From: Raja brachyura
Lineage: Eukaryota
Length of the DNA: 64,000 nt
Direction: 5' to 3'
Assembly: GCA_963514005.1 (NCBI GenBank)
Contig: OY740783.1
Span: 133,362,001-133,426,000 of the forward strand
Shown: positions 52,101 to 64,000 of the stretch, one piece after another
Layout of the letters: every line of letters starts with the position of its first letter
How positions within the stretch are numbered: the first letter of the stretch is position 1
The notes under the pieces: generated by a model
The model's database searches: none
What the model was told of the DNA's origin: nothing
The model's input: the letters and a program-made list of their open reading frames with translations, nothing else
Program-made: the position numbers and the translations under genes

Positions 52101-54160
52101 TTGTTTGCACTCGCAATTGAACCATTAGCTCAAAGCGTGAGATTACATCCTGAAATATATAGGTATGAAACCAGAGAAACTGAAAATAAAATCTCCTTGT
52201 ATGAAGATGATGTATTACTTTATATTACAAAACCGGAAATTAGTATTTCAAATTTATTAAATTTAATAACTGAATTTGGCTCGTTCTCAGGATATAGCAT
52301 TAATTGGAATAAAAGTGAACTTATGTCAATAATGGTAAATAACTTACATATATTACAACAATTTCCTTTTAAGATAGCAAACGAAAAAATCAAATATCTT
52401 GGAATTTATGTAACGAACACTATATGATTCTTTATTTAAATCTAATTTCCCACCCTTACTGAATAAATTACATAAGAATATCTTATATTGGAAAACATTA
52501 CCTATTTCAATGCTAGGTAGAATTAATGCAATAAAAATGATTTTTCTTCCGCAATTACTATATCTTTTCCAATTGATTCCGATATACCTTCCTAAAATTT
52601 TTTTTAAGAAGGTTGACTCCATAGTCACCAACTTTATCTGGGATTATAAGAGCTATAGAATAAATAAAAAGCATTTATGTAAATCAAAAATAAATGGAGG
52701 TCTAGCACTGCCAAATTTTATGTTTTATTACTGGGCAGTTAATATTAAAAATATGAATTTGTGGCTGGAAGAATCAGATAAACAACCCAATTGGTTAAAA
52801 ATGGAAAAAGAAGATTGTTCACCTTTTGAAATTAGCTCGATTTTATTTGCCAATACTAAACTAGGTAAGAAAACCTATAGAGAAAACCCTATAATAGAAA
52901 GTGGGATACGTATCTGGAAACAACTAAAGAAAACCTTATAATTGGAATGTATACCACTAGCTCTCCCCATTGTAAACAATGTTACATTTAAACCCTCAAT
53001 GATGGACAAAGGTTTTTTACAATGGAAAAACTATGGAATTAATAAGATGGGCGATCTCTACAGGGAAAGCGCCTTTCTTTCATTTCAAGAATTACAACAA
53101 ATTTATGGATTACATTCAAAAGATTACTTTAGATATTTACAAATTAGAGACTATGTAAAATCAAACACACAGGAATTTAGAAATAGAAAGACAGAAATTT
53201 TAGATGAATGTCTAAATAAACACCCGAACACAGAAAGATTGATATCATATATTTATAACATTTTATTGGAAAACGACGTACCAATGACAGAAAGATATAG
53301 GCAATCATGGGAAAACGAATTAGGTCAAATAATCAGACCAGAAGTATGGGATGAAAGTTTACACCACTGTTCGTTAAATGCTAGACACTCTTTGATACAA
53401 TTTAAAGTATTACATGAATTGCATTATTCAAAGTCCAAATTATATAGAATGTTTTCAAATGTATCTGCCATATGCGATAAATGTCAGCACTTAGAAGCTA
53501 ATTTAACGCACTCATTCACAAACTGTATAAAAATTACTAACTTTTGGACAGAAATTTTTAAGATAATTTCGAATGTTGTTAATACGAATTTGGTTCCTGA
53601 CTCTAAATTAATAATATTTGGAATAATAGAAACAGATCAATTAATAACAACGAATCAAATAATTTTTATCGATTACAGTTTAATAATTGGGAAAAAATTA
53701 ATATTGAAATTTTGGAAAGGTCCTGCATCCCCCACAACAATCAAGATGTGGATTACAGGAATGTGGAGACACTTCACCTGGAAAGATTAAGATTTGTCCT
53801 ACTGGGCAAGTTGGATCAATTCAGAGGGATATGGTCTCCATTTATTGAATATTTAAAGGGTCAAAATGGTTCGGTGCGAGAACCTGACTGAAGCCTGAAT
53901 GAAGGAATAGATGAAGAATCACATTTAATAATCCATGGATATATCTCCAATGATGTATAACCTGCTTAATACTTCATTCATCTTTTTGATTTTCTATTTT
54001 TACTTTATTTTTCTCTATTATTTCCTACCTGTTTTAAAAATAAAAACATGCATATAAGTACAAACAAGAAATAATTGTTAATATTAATAATATTAAGAAT
54101 GTATGCGACATGTATATTCTTCCTTTAATATATATTTCTAATAAAAATATTTAACAAAAA
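49169..54160 (+). mobile_element. Degenerate L1 with 5' end, largely deleted ORF1 and full-length broken ORF2
   Basis: 5' ggaacttccggtggcgc, SWNVKGIN...IQETH endonuclease start at 50097, RT motifs GCRQGCPLSPLLF and LYEDD, CDKC..H..C, AATAAA and A-rich end. Confidence 0.92.
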
Positions 54161-54680
54161 TTAGTAATCCATCAAACCATCCTTAACCAGTGAATTTAAA
54201 AGTCATTTAAAAGTGAATTTAAACAGACTGGCCATCGGTAGGGGACACAGATGCAGACGGTTCCGGTCAGTGTAGGTTCTGGCAAGTTGGGGTGCGAGCG
54301 GCGTATGGTCCCTGCGGTCCGTCTGGGCTGCGACACGTTCCCACTAGCCAGACCGGCGTCTGCCACCGCACCGGAGATCATACTGTGCTCCCAGTCGTCC
54401 CCACGGACGGTCTCTGCTCGGCCTGGGACACGCTGCCGAGGCTGACAGCTCCGGTTGTTTGGTGAGTTTCAACCGGATAATGCCCACTGCGTTATACGAC
54501 GACGATCCTTGCAGTGAACAGCGGGAACGTGGATCCCATGAAATGGCGGTGAAACAGGCCCATCGGCCGAACTTGCTAACACTGACCAACATGCCGGGAT
54601 GATCCCGCCATAAACCGCCAACGGAACCTGTACTCGTGCAGTGGGGGGGGGGGGGGGGGGGGGCAATCATCAGGTTTGCG

Positions 54681-55126
54681 NNNNNNNNNNNNNNNNNNNN
54701 NNNNNNNNNNNNNNNNNNNNNNNNNNNNNNNNNNNNNNNNNNNNNNNNNNNNNNNNNNNNNNNNNNNNNNNNNNNNNNNNNNNNNNNNNNNNNNNNNNNN
54801 NNNNNNNNNNNNNNNNNNNNNNNNNNNNNNNNNNNNNNNNNNNNNNNNNNNNNNNNNNNNNNNNNNNNNNNNNNNNNNNNNNNNNNNNNNNNNNNNNNNN
54901 NNNNNNNNNNNNNNNNNNNNNNNNNNNNNNNNNNNNNNNNNNNNNNNNNNNNNNNNNNNNNNNNNNNNNNNNNNNNNNNNNNNNNNNNNNNNNNNNNNNN
55001 NNNNNNNNNNNNNNNNNNNNNNNNNNNNNNNNNNNNNNNNNNNNNNNNNNNNNNNNNNNNNNNNNNNNNNNNNNNNNNNNNNNNNNNNNNNNNNNNNNNN
55101 NNNNNNNNNNNNNNNNNNNNNNNNNN
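54681..55126. other. Assembly gap
   Basis: Run of N. Confidence 1.
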
Positions 55127-55469
55127 GGGCGGTATTGGTCTGGAGGTTGCTTTGCACAGTCGGATGTGGGGTGGCACCAACTTGTCTGGTTCTCCCCACC
55201 CTCATTTGTGCCCGACCGCACTGGAGCCCCTACCCTCCCCGTTGCGGTTACCTCCCCTCAACTATCATTTGCCCACTGACGCCCACCCTCTCTCGGTCCA
55301 CATCTTCCGCCCCGTCCCGTCAACTTTACACCCCCGCTCTCCCCTCAAGCCCCACGCTCCCCACCACCCATTACCCTCTGACCCCAATCAGTGCTTTCTG
55401 ACCCCGCAATGTCCAAGTGTAGCCGCTCCCCCCAATTTAAAGGGTTAGCCTGAATAACCTCTCACTACC

Positions 55470-55612
55470 CCCTGACCCTCAGTATCCCTTGATCCTCAGT
55501 GCCCCCTGACCCTCAGTGCCGCCTGACCCTTTGTGCCTCCTGATCCTCTTTGCCCCCTGACCCTCAGTACCGCCTGACCCTCAGTGCCCCCAATCCTCAG
55601 TGCCCCCTGACC
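55470..55612. repeat. 17-bp minisatellite (ctgaccctcagtgcccc)
   Basis: About 8 tandem units. Confidence 0.85.
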
Positions 55613-55717
55613 TTGCTGTGATTGTACTGGTGCTCTCATTCCTCGATGGGCCGCCCGTCAACAGGATGAGGCCGGACTGTGGCCGGTGGAAGCGCTGCTG
55701 GAGGCTGACGGAGGTGG

Positions 55718-55748
<31 letters not shown>

Positions 55749-56329
55749 GTTTCCCATTAGGGTCGTGACCTCCCCGGCCCGCTGCTCGATAGACACGTCC
55801 TGCAAACACACAACGCTACGTCTCGTTACCGACGAATCTTCACATCACCCAGGCGCGGGGTCGGGAGGGGGAGAGCGGGCAGTCGGGCGGGGGGGGGGGG
55901 GGGGGCCGTGGAGGAGAGAGAAGAAGGTGGGGACAGCGGAGGGAAGGAAGGTGGGGAGTGTGGGGAGGAGGAGGGGTTGGGTGAGGAGCGAGGGAGAAGG
56001 AGAAAGGAGGGAGGAGGCGGGATGCGGGAGGTAGGGGAAGGGAAGAAGGGGAGAGACTGAGGTGGGAGGTAGGGGAAGAAGAAAGGGTGGAATGAAGGAG
56101 GGATGGTTGAAGGAGGTGAGGTGGAGAGACTGGAACGTAGGAGGGGGTGTTGTGGAAAGGAGGAGCGTAGATGGAAAGTGATAGTTGGAGGAAGAGGGCA
56201 TTCGGATGGAAGATGTGACCCGCCGGCAAACCGTGACGCCCATGAAGTGGCGCCGAGAACGAGGGGCCCGTGTGGAGCGTCCGGAGCTGTCAGTTGCGGC
56301 GCTCCGCCGGACCGGACCGGACCGGCCCA

Positions 56330-56610
56330 CACTGATCGACGGTACGTTGTCTGAGCCCCAACTGATCATCGGGATGCGGTTAAATCCTGCACTGACGGTC
56401 TGGACGGGGCCAACTCCCACACTGATGATCGGGACGGGGTCAATTCATACACTGATCATCGGGACGGGGTCAACTCTTACACTGACCGTCGGGATGGGGC
56501 CAACTCTTACACTGACCGTCGGGATGGGGCCAACTCCTACACTGTCCATCAAGACCGGGCCAACTTCTACACTGACCATCGGGATGGTGGCTGAGCCCCG
56601 ACTGACCGAC
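56330..56610. repeat. 30-bp minisatellite (actgatcatcgggacggggtcaactcttac)
   Basis: About 9 diverged tandem units in register. Confidence 0.85.
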
Positions 56611-57077
56611 CGTACCGTGCATCGATCGCAACAAGACCGGCCGCACGCCGCGCCGGATGAACCGAGGGGCCCAACCCTTCCAACATCCTGCTGTCGCCTA
56701 GACCCCACTCACCTTACCCCTTGCCCCCGCTTCCTCCCAACTCTCGACCGATCCCATGCGCTCCATCTGCTCTTCACACACACTCAGATATGCAGCCAAT
56801 GTCATCAATGATATTTCCTACCCAGGACATTGCCTTTTGTCCCCGCTCACTTCGGGGAGAAGGTACAGAAGCTTGTACGCGCTCACAACCATACTCGGGA
56901 ACAGCTTCTTCCCCTCTGAACGGCCCTTCCACTAGCTCGGGTACTGTCCCATTCACCTCTACCCCTTTGCAGACATTGGACTTGTCTCTGGAACGGGTGC
57001 GCTACAATGCTGAAAACTATAATCTGCACTCTTTGCTCTGGACATTGCACTTCCAATTGACTTGAATATATGTAGTG

Positions 57078-57827
57078 CTAGACTAAGTGGGACCCGTTGG
57101 GTCCCAGCATCACACGGAGGGCTGGTCCCCCAACACAATATTCCACCTCTCCACCCGTTCCAATATTGGTGGCTAGTGGGGGGGGGGGGGGGGGGGCTTT
57201 CTGGAGCGCTAGTATGGGTGTTGTGGGCTGAATGGACTGGTTTCCAGAGGGCTAGTATGGACATTGTGTGCCGAATGTATTCTTGGGCTGGCTGCTCAGT
57301 GACTCAAGCCTGTTGTACTGGCAGTTCACTCACTCACGGCTGGTGGGCCGGCAGTTCACTTACGGCTATTCCTTGAAATTCCATGTCAAGCAGGGTGCAA
57401 GGCCACCAAATTCAAGTGCAGTTTCTAACCATTTCAAGCAGGGTGCAAGGACACCAAATTCAAGTGCAGTTTCATACAATTTCAAGCAGGGTGCAAGGCC
57501 ACTAAAGACAGTCGTGACCTCTCCGTCCTCCATCTTGCAGAGACTGAGCCACGCCTACACATCTGAGTTTTATGGTGGCTCCCCCTCCCACCACAAGGGG
57601 CGTGGCCTTCATGGCGTGATTGGCAGGAGAGAGAACCTTAACATTTTAAAAAACACTAATAACTCTTTTATTTTTCATCGATGAGAAAAATCCACGGCAG
57701 CTGATGAGCGGTGGGGGACTCGAAGTAAGATGGCCAAAAATCACGGCTGTACATGGTAGCGTTTTTTTTTAAATCAATATAAAACGCAAAGTGGAAGTGG
57801 GCAATATTAGACGTTTTATTATATAGA
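57078..57827 (-). mobile_element. Apparently complete non-autonomous Helitron-like element (about 750 bp)
   Basis: Minus strand begins TCTATATAATAAAA and ends with the GGGACCC/GGGTCCC hairpin plus CTAG. Internal repeat of about 48 bp in about 2.5 copies. Confidence 0.72.
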
Positions 57828-57831
57828 AGTC

Positions 57832-58070
57832 AAGGCAACTTTAATTAGGCAAGGCAACTTTAATTAGCCAAGGCAACTCTAATTAGGCAAGGGAACTTAA
57901 TTGGGCAAGGCAACTCTAATTAGGCAAGGGAACTTTAATTGGGCAAGGCAACTTTAATTAGGCAAGGCGACTTTAATTAGGTAAGGCGACTTTAATTAGG
58001 TAAGGCGACTTTAATTAGGTAAGGCGACATTAATTTGCCAAGGCAACTACAATTAGGCAAAGCAATTTAG
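57832..58070. repeat. 19-bp minisatellite (aaggcaactttaattaggc)
   Basis: About 12 tandem units. Confidence 0.9.
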
Positions 58071-58289
58071 TTAGAAACATAGACATAGAAACATAGAAAA
58101 TAGGTGCAGGAGGAGGCCATTCGGCCCTTCGAGCCAGCACCGCCATTCATTGTGATCATGGCTGATCGTCCCCTATCAAAAACCCGTGCCTGCCTTCTCC
58201 CCATATCCCTTGACTCCGAGAGCTCTACCTAACTCTCTCTTAAATCCACCCAGTTACTTGGCCTCCACTGCCCTCCACTGCCCTCCACA

Positions 58290-61200
58290 ACCATATAACC
58301 ATATAACAATTACAGCACGGATACAGGCCCTCTCGGCCCTTCCAGTCCGTGCCGACCATTTATTTCCCCCTAGTCCCATCTACCTGCACACAGGCCATAC
58401 CCCTCTATTCCCCTCCCGTCCATATACCCATCCACTTTACTTTTAAATCTTAAAATCAATCTGCCTCCACCACTTCTGCTGGAAGCTCATTCCACACAGC
58501 CACCACTCTCTGAGTAAAGACGTTCCGCCTCATGTTACCCCTAAACTTCTGTCCCTTAATTTTCATATCATGCCCTCTTGTTTGAATCTTCCCTACCCTC
58601 AGTGGGAAAAGCTTATCCACGTCAACTCTGTCTATCCCTTTCATCATTTTAAAGACCTCAATCAAGTCCCCCCTTAACCTTCTGCGCTCCAAAGAATAAA
58701 GACCTAACTTGTTCAACCTTTCTCTGTAACTTAGTTGCTGGAACACAGGCAACATTCTAGTAAATCTCCTCTGTACTCTCTCTATTTTGTTGACATCCTT
58801 CCTATAATTAGGGTGACCAAAATTGTACACCATACTCCAGAATTGGTCTTACCAATGCCTTGTACAATTTTAACATTACTTCCCTACTCCTATATTCAAT
58901 GCTCTGATTTATAAAGGCCAGCACACCAAAAGCTTTCTTTACATGCGATTCCACCTTCAGGGAACTATGCACAGTTATTCCTAGATCCCTCTGTTCCGTA
59001 ATTCCTCAATTCCCTACCATTTACCATGTACGTCCTGTTCTGATTTGTCCTGCCAAGATGTAGGACTTCACACTTATCAGCATTAAACTCCATCTGCCAT
59101 CTTTCAGCCCGCTTTTCCAAATGGCCCAAATCTCTCTGTAGACTTTGAAAACCTACTTCATTATATACTTCTGCGTGGCCCCTTGGGCAAGAGTGACCAT
59201 AATATGGTTGAGTTCTTCATTAGGATGGAGAGTGACAAAATTAAGTCAGAAACAAGGGTTCTGAACTTGAACAAAGGTAACTTTGAAGGTATGAGATGTG
59301 AATTGGCCAAGATAGACTGGCAGGTGATTCTTAAAGGGTTGACAGTGGATGTGCAATGGAAGGTATTTAAAGGCTGCATGGATGAAGTACAAAAGTTGTT
59401 CATACCACTTTGGCAAAAGAATAAATCGGGGAAGGTGGTGCATCCATGGATAACCAGGGAAATCAGGGATAGTATAAAAACAAAAGATGAGGCATACAAA
59501 TTTGCCAGAAAAAGCAGCCTACCGGAGGACTGGGAGAAATTCAGAATCCAGCAGAGGAGGACAAAGGGCTTAATTAGGAAAGGGAAAATAGATTATGAAA
59601 GGAAACTGGCAGGGAACATAAAAACTGACTGCAAAAGTTTTTATAGATATGTAAAGAGAAAGAGACTAGTTAAAACAAATGTTGGTCCCTTGCAGTCAGA
59701 AACAGGTGAATTGATCATGGGGAACAAGGACATGGCAGACCAATTGAATAACTACTTTGGTTCTGTCTTCACTAAGGAAGACATAAATAATCTGCCGGAA
59801 ATAGCAGTGGAACGGGGGTCAAATAAGATGGAGGAACTGAGTGAAATCCAGGTTAGCCGGGAGGTGGTGTTGGGTAAATTGAACGGATTGAAGGCCGATA
59901 AATCCCCAGGGCCAGATAGTCTGCATCCCAGAGTACTCAAGGAGGTAGCCACAGAAATAGTGAATGCATTAGTGATAATTTTTCAAAATTCCTTAGATTC
60001 TGGAGTAGTTCCTGAGGATTGGAGGGTAGCTAATGTAACCCCACTTTTTAAAAAAGGAGGGAGAGAGAAAGCGGGGAATTACAGACCAGTTAGTCTAACA
60101 TCGGTAGTGGGGAAACTGCTAGAGTCAGTTATTAAAGATGGGATAGCAGCGCATTTGGAAAGTGGTGAAATCATTGGACAAAGTCAGCATGGATTTACGA
60201 AAGGTAAATCATGTCTGACAAATCTGATAGAATTTTTCGAGGATGTAACTAGTAGAGTGGATAAGGGAGAACCAGTGGATGTGTTATATCTAGACTTTCA
60301 GAAGGCTTTCGACAAGGTCCCGCATAAGAGATTAGCATACAAACTTAAAGCACACGGTATTGGGGGTTCAGTATTGATGTGGATAGAGAACTGGCTAGCA
60401 GACAGGAGGCAAAGGGTAGGAGTAAACGGGTCCTTTTCAGAAAGGCAGGCAGTGACTAGTGGGGTGCCGCAAGGCTCAGTGCTGGGACCCCAGCTATTTA
60501 CAATATATATTAATGATTTGGACGAGGGAATTCGATGCAACATCTCCAAATTTGCAGATGATACCAAGCTGGGGGGTATAGTTAGGTGTGAGGAGGATGC
60601 TTGGAGGCTGCAGGGTGATTTGGATAGGCTGAGTGAATGGGCAGATGCATGGCAGATGCAGTACAATGTGGATAAATGTGAGGTTATCCACTTTGGTGGC
60701 AAAAACATGAGGGTAGACTATTATCTGAATGGTGGCAGATTAGGTAAGGGGGAGATGCAACGAGACCTGGGTGTCATGGTACACCAATCATTGAAAGTAG
60801 GCATGCAGGTGCAGCAGGCAGTGAAGAAAGCAAATGGTATGTTAGCATTCATAGCGAAAGGATTTGAGTATAGGAGCAGGGAGGTTCTACTGCAGTTGTA
60901 CAGGGTTTTGGTGAGGCCACACCTGGAGTACTGCGTACAGTTTTGGTCTCCAAATCTGAGGAAAGACATCCTTGCCATAGAGGGGGTACAGAGAAGATTC
61001 ACCAGACTGATTCCTGGGATGTCAGGACTTTCATATGAGGAAAGATTGGATAGACTCGGTTTGTACTCGATGGAATTTAGAAGATTGAGGGGGGATCTTA
61101 TAGAAACCTACAAAATTCTTAAGGGGTTGGACAAGCTAGATGCTGGAAGATTGTTCCCGATGTTGGGGGAGTCCAGAACAAGGGGTCACAGTCTAAGGAT

Positions 61201-63650
61201 AAGGGGGAATTCCTTTAGGACCGAAATGAGGAAAACATTCTTTACACAGAGAGTGGTGAGTCTCTGGAATTCTCTGCCACAGAAGGTAGTTGAGGCCAGT
61301 TCATTGGCTATATTTAAGAGGGCGTTAGATGTGGCACTTGTGGCTAAAGGGATCAGGGGGTATGGAGAGAAGGCAGGTACGGGATACTGAGTTGGATGAT
61401 CAGCCATGATCACATTGAATGGCGGTGCAGGCTCGAAGGGCCGAATGGCCTACTCCTGCACCTATTTTCTATGTTTCTATGTTTCTATTATCCACAACAA
61501 CACCTATCTTAACATCATCTGCATACTTAGTTATCCATTTTTCCACCCCATCATCCAGATCATTGATGTACATGACAAACAGCAGTGGACCCAACACAGA
61601 TCCCTGAGGCACCCCACTGGTCACCGGCTTCCAACCTGATAAACAGCCATCCACCATTACTCTCTGACATCTCCCATTCAGCCACTGTTGGATCCACCTT
61701 GCTACTCCGCCGTTAACACCCAAAGATTGAACCTTCTTAACCAACCTTCCATGCGGAACCTTGTCAAGGGCCTTACTGAAATTCATATAGACAACATCCA
61801 CTGCTTTACCCTCATCAATTTTCTTAGTAACCTCTTCAAAAAATTCAAGGTTTGTCAAACATGACCTTTCAGGCACAAATCCATGTTGACTGTTCCTGAT
61901 CAGACCCTGTTTATCCAGATGCTTATATATATTATCTCTTAGTATCCTTTCCATTAATTTGCCCACCACTGACGTCGAACTAACAGGTCTATAATTGCTA
62001 GGTTTATTCTTTAAACCCTTTTTAAACAATGGAACAACATGCCCAGTACGCCAATCCTCCGGCACTATTCCCGTTTCTAATGACATTTGAAATACTTCTG
62101 TCATAGCCCCTGCTATTTCTATACTAACTTCCCTCAATGTCCTAGGGAATATCCTGTCAGGAGCTGGAGACTTATCCACTTTTATATTTTTCAAAAGTGT
62201 CACTACTTCCTCCTCTTTGAATCTCATAGTTTCCATAGCTACTCTACTTTTTTCCCTTACCTCACAGAGTTCAATATCCTTCTCCTTGGTGAATACGGAA
62301 GAAAATAAATTGTTCAATGTCTCCCCCATCTCTTTTGGCTCTGCAGATATCTGTCCATTCTGGCTCTCTAATGGTCCAATTTTATCCCTCGTTATCCTTT
62401 TGCTATTAATATAGCTGTAGAAACCCTTTGGATTTACTTTCACCTTTCTTGCCAAAGCAACCTCATATCTTCTTTTGGCCTTGCTAATTTCTTTCTTAAT
62501 ATTCTTTTTACATTCTTTATACTCCTCTGGCACCTCATTTACCCCATGCTTCCTAAAATAATTGTAGATATCTCTCTTTTTTCGAACCAAGTGTCCAATT
62601 TCCCTTGAAAACCATGGCTCTTTCCAATTTTTACTATTTCCTTTCAACCGAACAGGGACATCAAGATTCTGTACTCTTACAATTTCCCCTTTAAATGTCC
62701 TCCATTTCTCTTCTACACCCTTCCCATAAAACAAAATGTCCCAATTCACTCTTTTTAAATCCTTACGCATTCCCTCAAAGTTAGCCTTTAGCCAATCAAA
62801 AATATCAACCCTAGGTCTAGTTCTGACTCTCCATAATTATATTAAAACTAATGGTATTGTGATCACTGGTTCCGAAGTGCTCACCAACGCATACCTCCGT
62901 CACCTGACCTGCCTCATTTCCTAACAGCAGGTCCAGCACTGCCCCTTCTCTGGTCAATAACTCTATGTATTGCTGCAAAAAACTATCCTGCACACATTTT
63001 ACAAACCCCAAACCATGCAGCCCATTTACAGAATGTGTTTTCCAGTCTATTTTTCGAAAATTGAAATCTCCCACAATCACTACCTTGTGCTTACTACTAA
63101 TATCTGCTATCTCCTTACATATTAGCTCTTCCAATTCTTGCCCCACATTTGGCGCTCTATAATACACCCCTAAAAGTGTTGCTACACCGTTGCCAATTCT
63201 CAGTTCCACCCAAATAGCCTCCCTAGACGAACCCTCTAATCTATCCTGCCAAAGCACTGCTGAAATATCTTCGCTGACAAGCAATGCAACACCTTCACCT
63301 CTGGTCCCTCCAATTCTATCACACCTGAAGCAACGAAATCCTGGAATATTTAGTTTCCAATTACAGCCCTCCTGCAACCATGTTTCACTGATTGGCAGAA
63401 CATCATATTTCCAGGTGTCAATCCAGGCTCTAAGTTCATCCACCTTTCTTACAATGCTCCTCGCATTAAAATATACACATTTTAGAAACCCACCATCCCT
63501 TATTCTCTGTTTATTATCGTTCTCCTCTTTCTCGCCTACATTTTGGGTCCGAGTGCTTCCCTTCTCTGCCTCTTGGCCCACACCCTGTCCCCTACCCCCC
63601 TCTACCCGAGTCCCTCCCCCTAGCCATTCTAGTTTAAAGTCTCCCCAGTA
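58290..63650 (-). mobile_element. CR1 LINE (APE plus RT) split by a younger CR1; parts 61486-63650 and 58290-59165
   Basis: YFNARSI, SETW, VGDFN, SDHN, GVPQGSVLGP, KYADD. The host sequence rejoins across the insert (cttca-ttat-ccac), with a (gttatatg)n tail at 58291. Confidence 0.9.
59167..61485 (+). mobile_element. Young 5'-truncated CR1 with an uninterrupted 735-aa RT ORF (59183-61390)
   Basis: All RT motifs intact, 3' UTR and (tatgtttc)n tail. Near-identical 3' end at about 2257-2434. Confidence 0.95.
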
Positions 63651-63654
63651 GCGT

Positions 63655-64000
63655 TTGCAAATCTCCCTGCCAGGAGATTTGCAAAGGCTCTGTGGCAGGG
63701 AATTCCATAAGTTCCCAACTCTCTGGGTGAAAATTGTTTTTTCTCACCTCAGTCTTAAACGACCTCCCCTTTATTCTAAGACTGTGGCCCCTGGTTATGG
63801 ACTCGCCCAACATTGGGAACATTTTTCCTGCATCTAGCTTGTCCAGTCCTTTTATAATTTTATATGGTTCTATGAGATTCCCCATTATCCATCTAAACTC
63901 CAGTGAATACAAGCCGAGTATTTTCAATGTTTTCTCACATGACAGTCCCGCCATCCCAGGGATCAATCTCGTGAACCTACGTTGCACTGCCTCAATCACA
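63655..64000 (-). mobile_element. CR1 ORF2 C-terminal fragment
   Basis: [15 protein letters not shown]...LGLYSLEFR...TRGHSLRI. Confidence 0.85.

Noticed and set aside
54344-55448. Long ORFs crossing the N gaps (also 27047-27622)
   Set aside because: Artefacts of translating N runs.
56185-56811. 208-aa ORF with TLTVGMGPT repeats
   Set aside because: Open frame explained by an in-frame 30-bp minisatellite, with no other coding support.
59183-61390. Domesticated host RT gene
   Set aside because: 5'-truncated CR1 with typical 3' UTR and tandem tail, and no promoter or start context.

Overview
Repeat-dense vertebrate genomic DNA, very probably from a cartilaginous fish (skate/ray-like; inferred from HE1/V-SINE, CR1, Penelope and L1 families). 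It contains two N gaps. The one clear host gene lies on the minus strand (about 48.0 kb to 10.2 kb). I assembled it by hand from 8 exons with GT-AG ends and matching phases: leader, V-set 1, V-set 2, TM and four cytoplasmic exons, 1167 nt, 388 aa. It encodes an Ig-superfamily receptor whose first domain closely resembles Siglec-15 (extra Cys pair, intact essential Arg in CRVE). Unlike Siglec-15 it has a second V-set domain (no Arg, about 21-aa F-G loop extension) instead of C2-set, an uncharged TM, and two inhibitory-type tyrosine motifs (CTYASI, VIYAAV). Most other ORFs in the track are transposon remnants or noise. Notable mobile-element features: a 504-bp duplication exactly bracketing an L1; an LTR followed by a 27-nt tRNA-Leu copy running past A58; Penelope ends with minimal hammerhead cores; Helitron-like elements; and a stack of DNA transposons with an inverted flank duplication. 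All family names come from recalled motifs, not database searches, and repeat boundaries are approximate.
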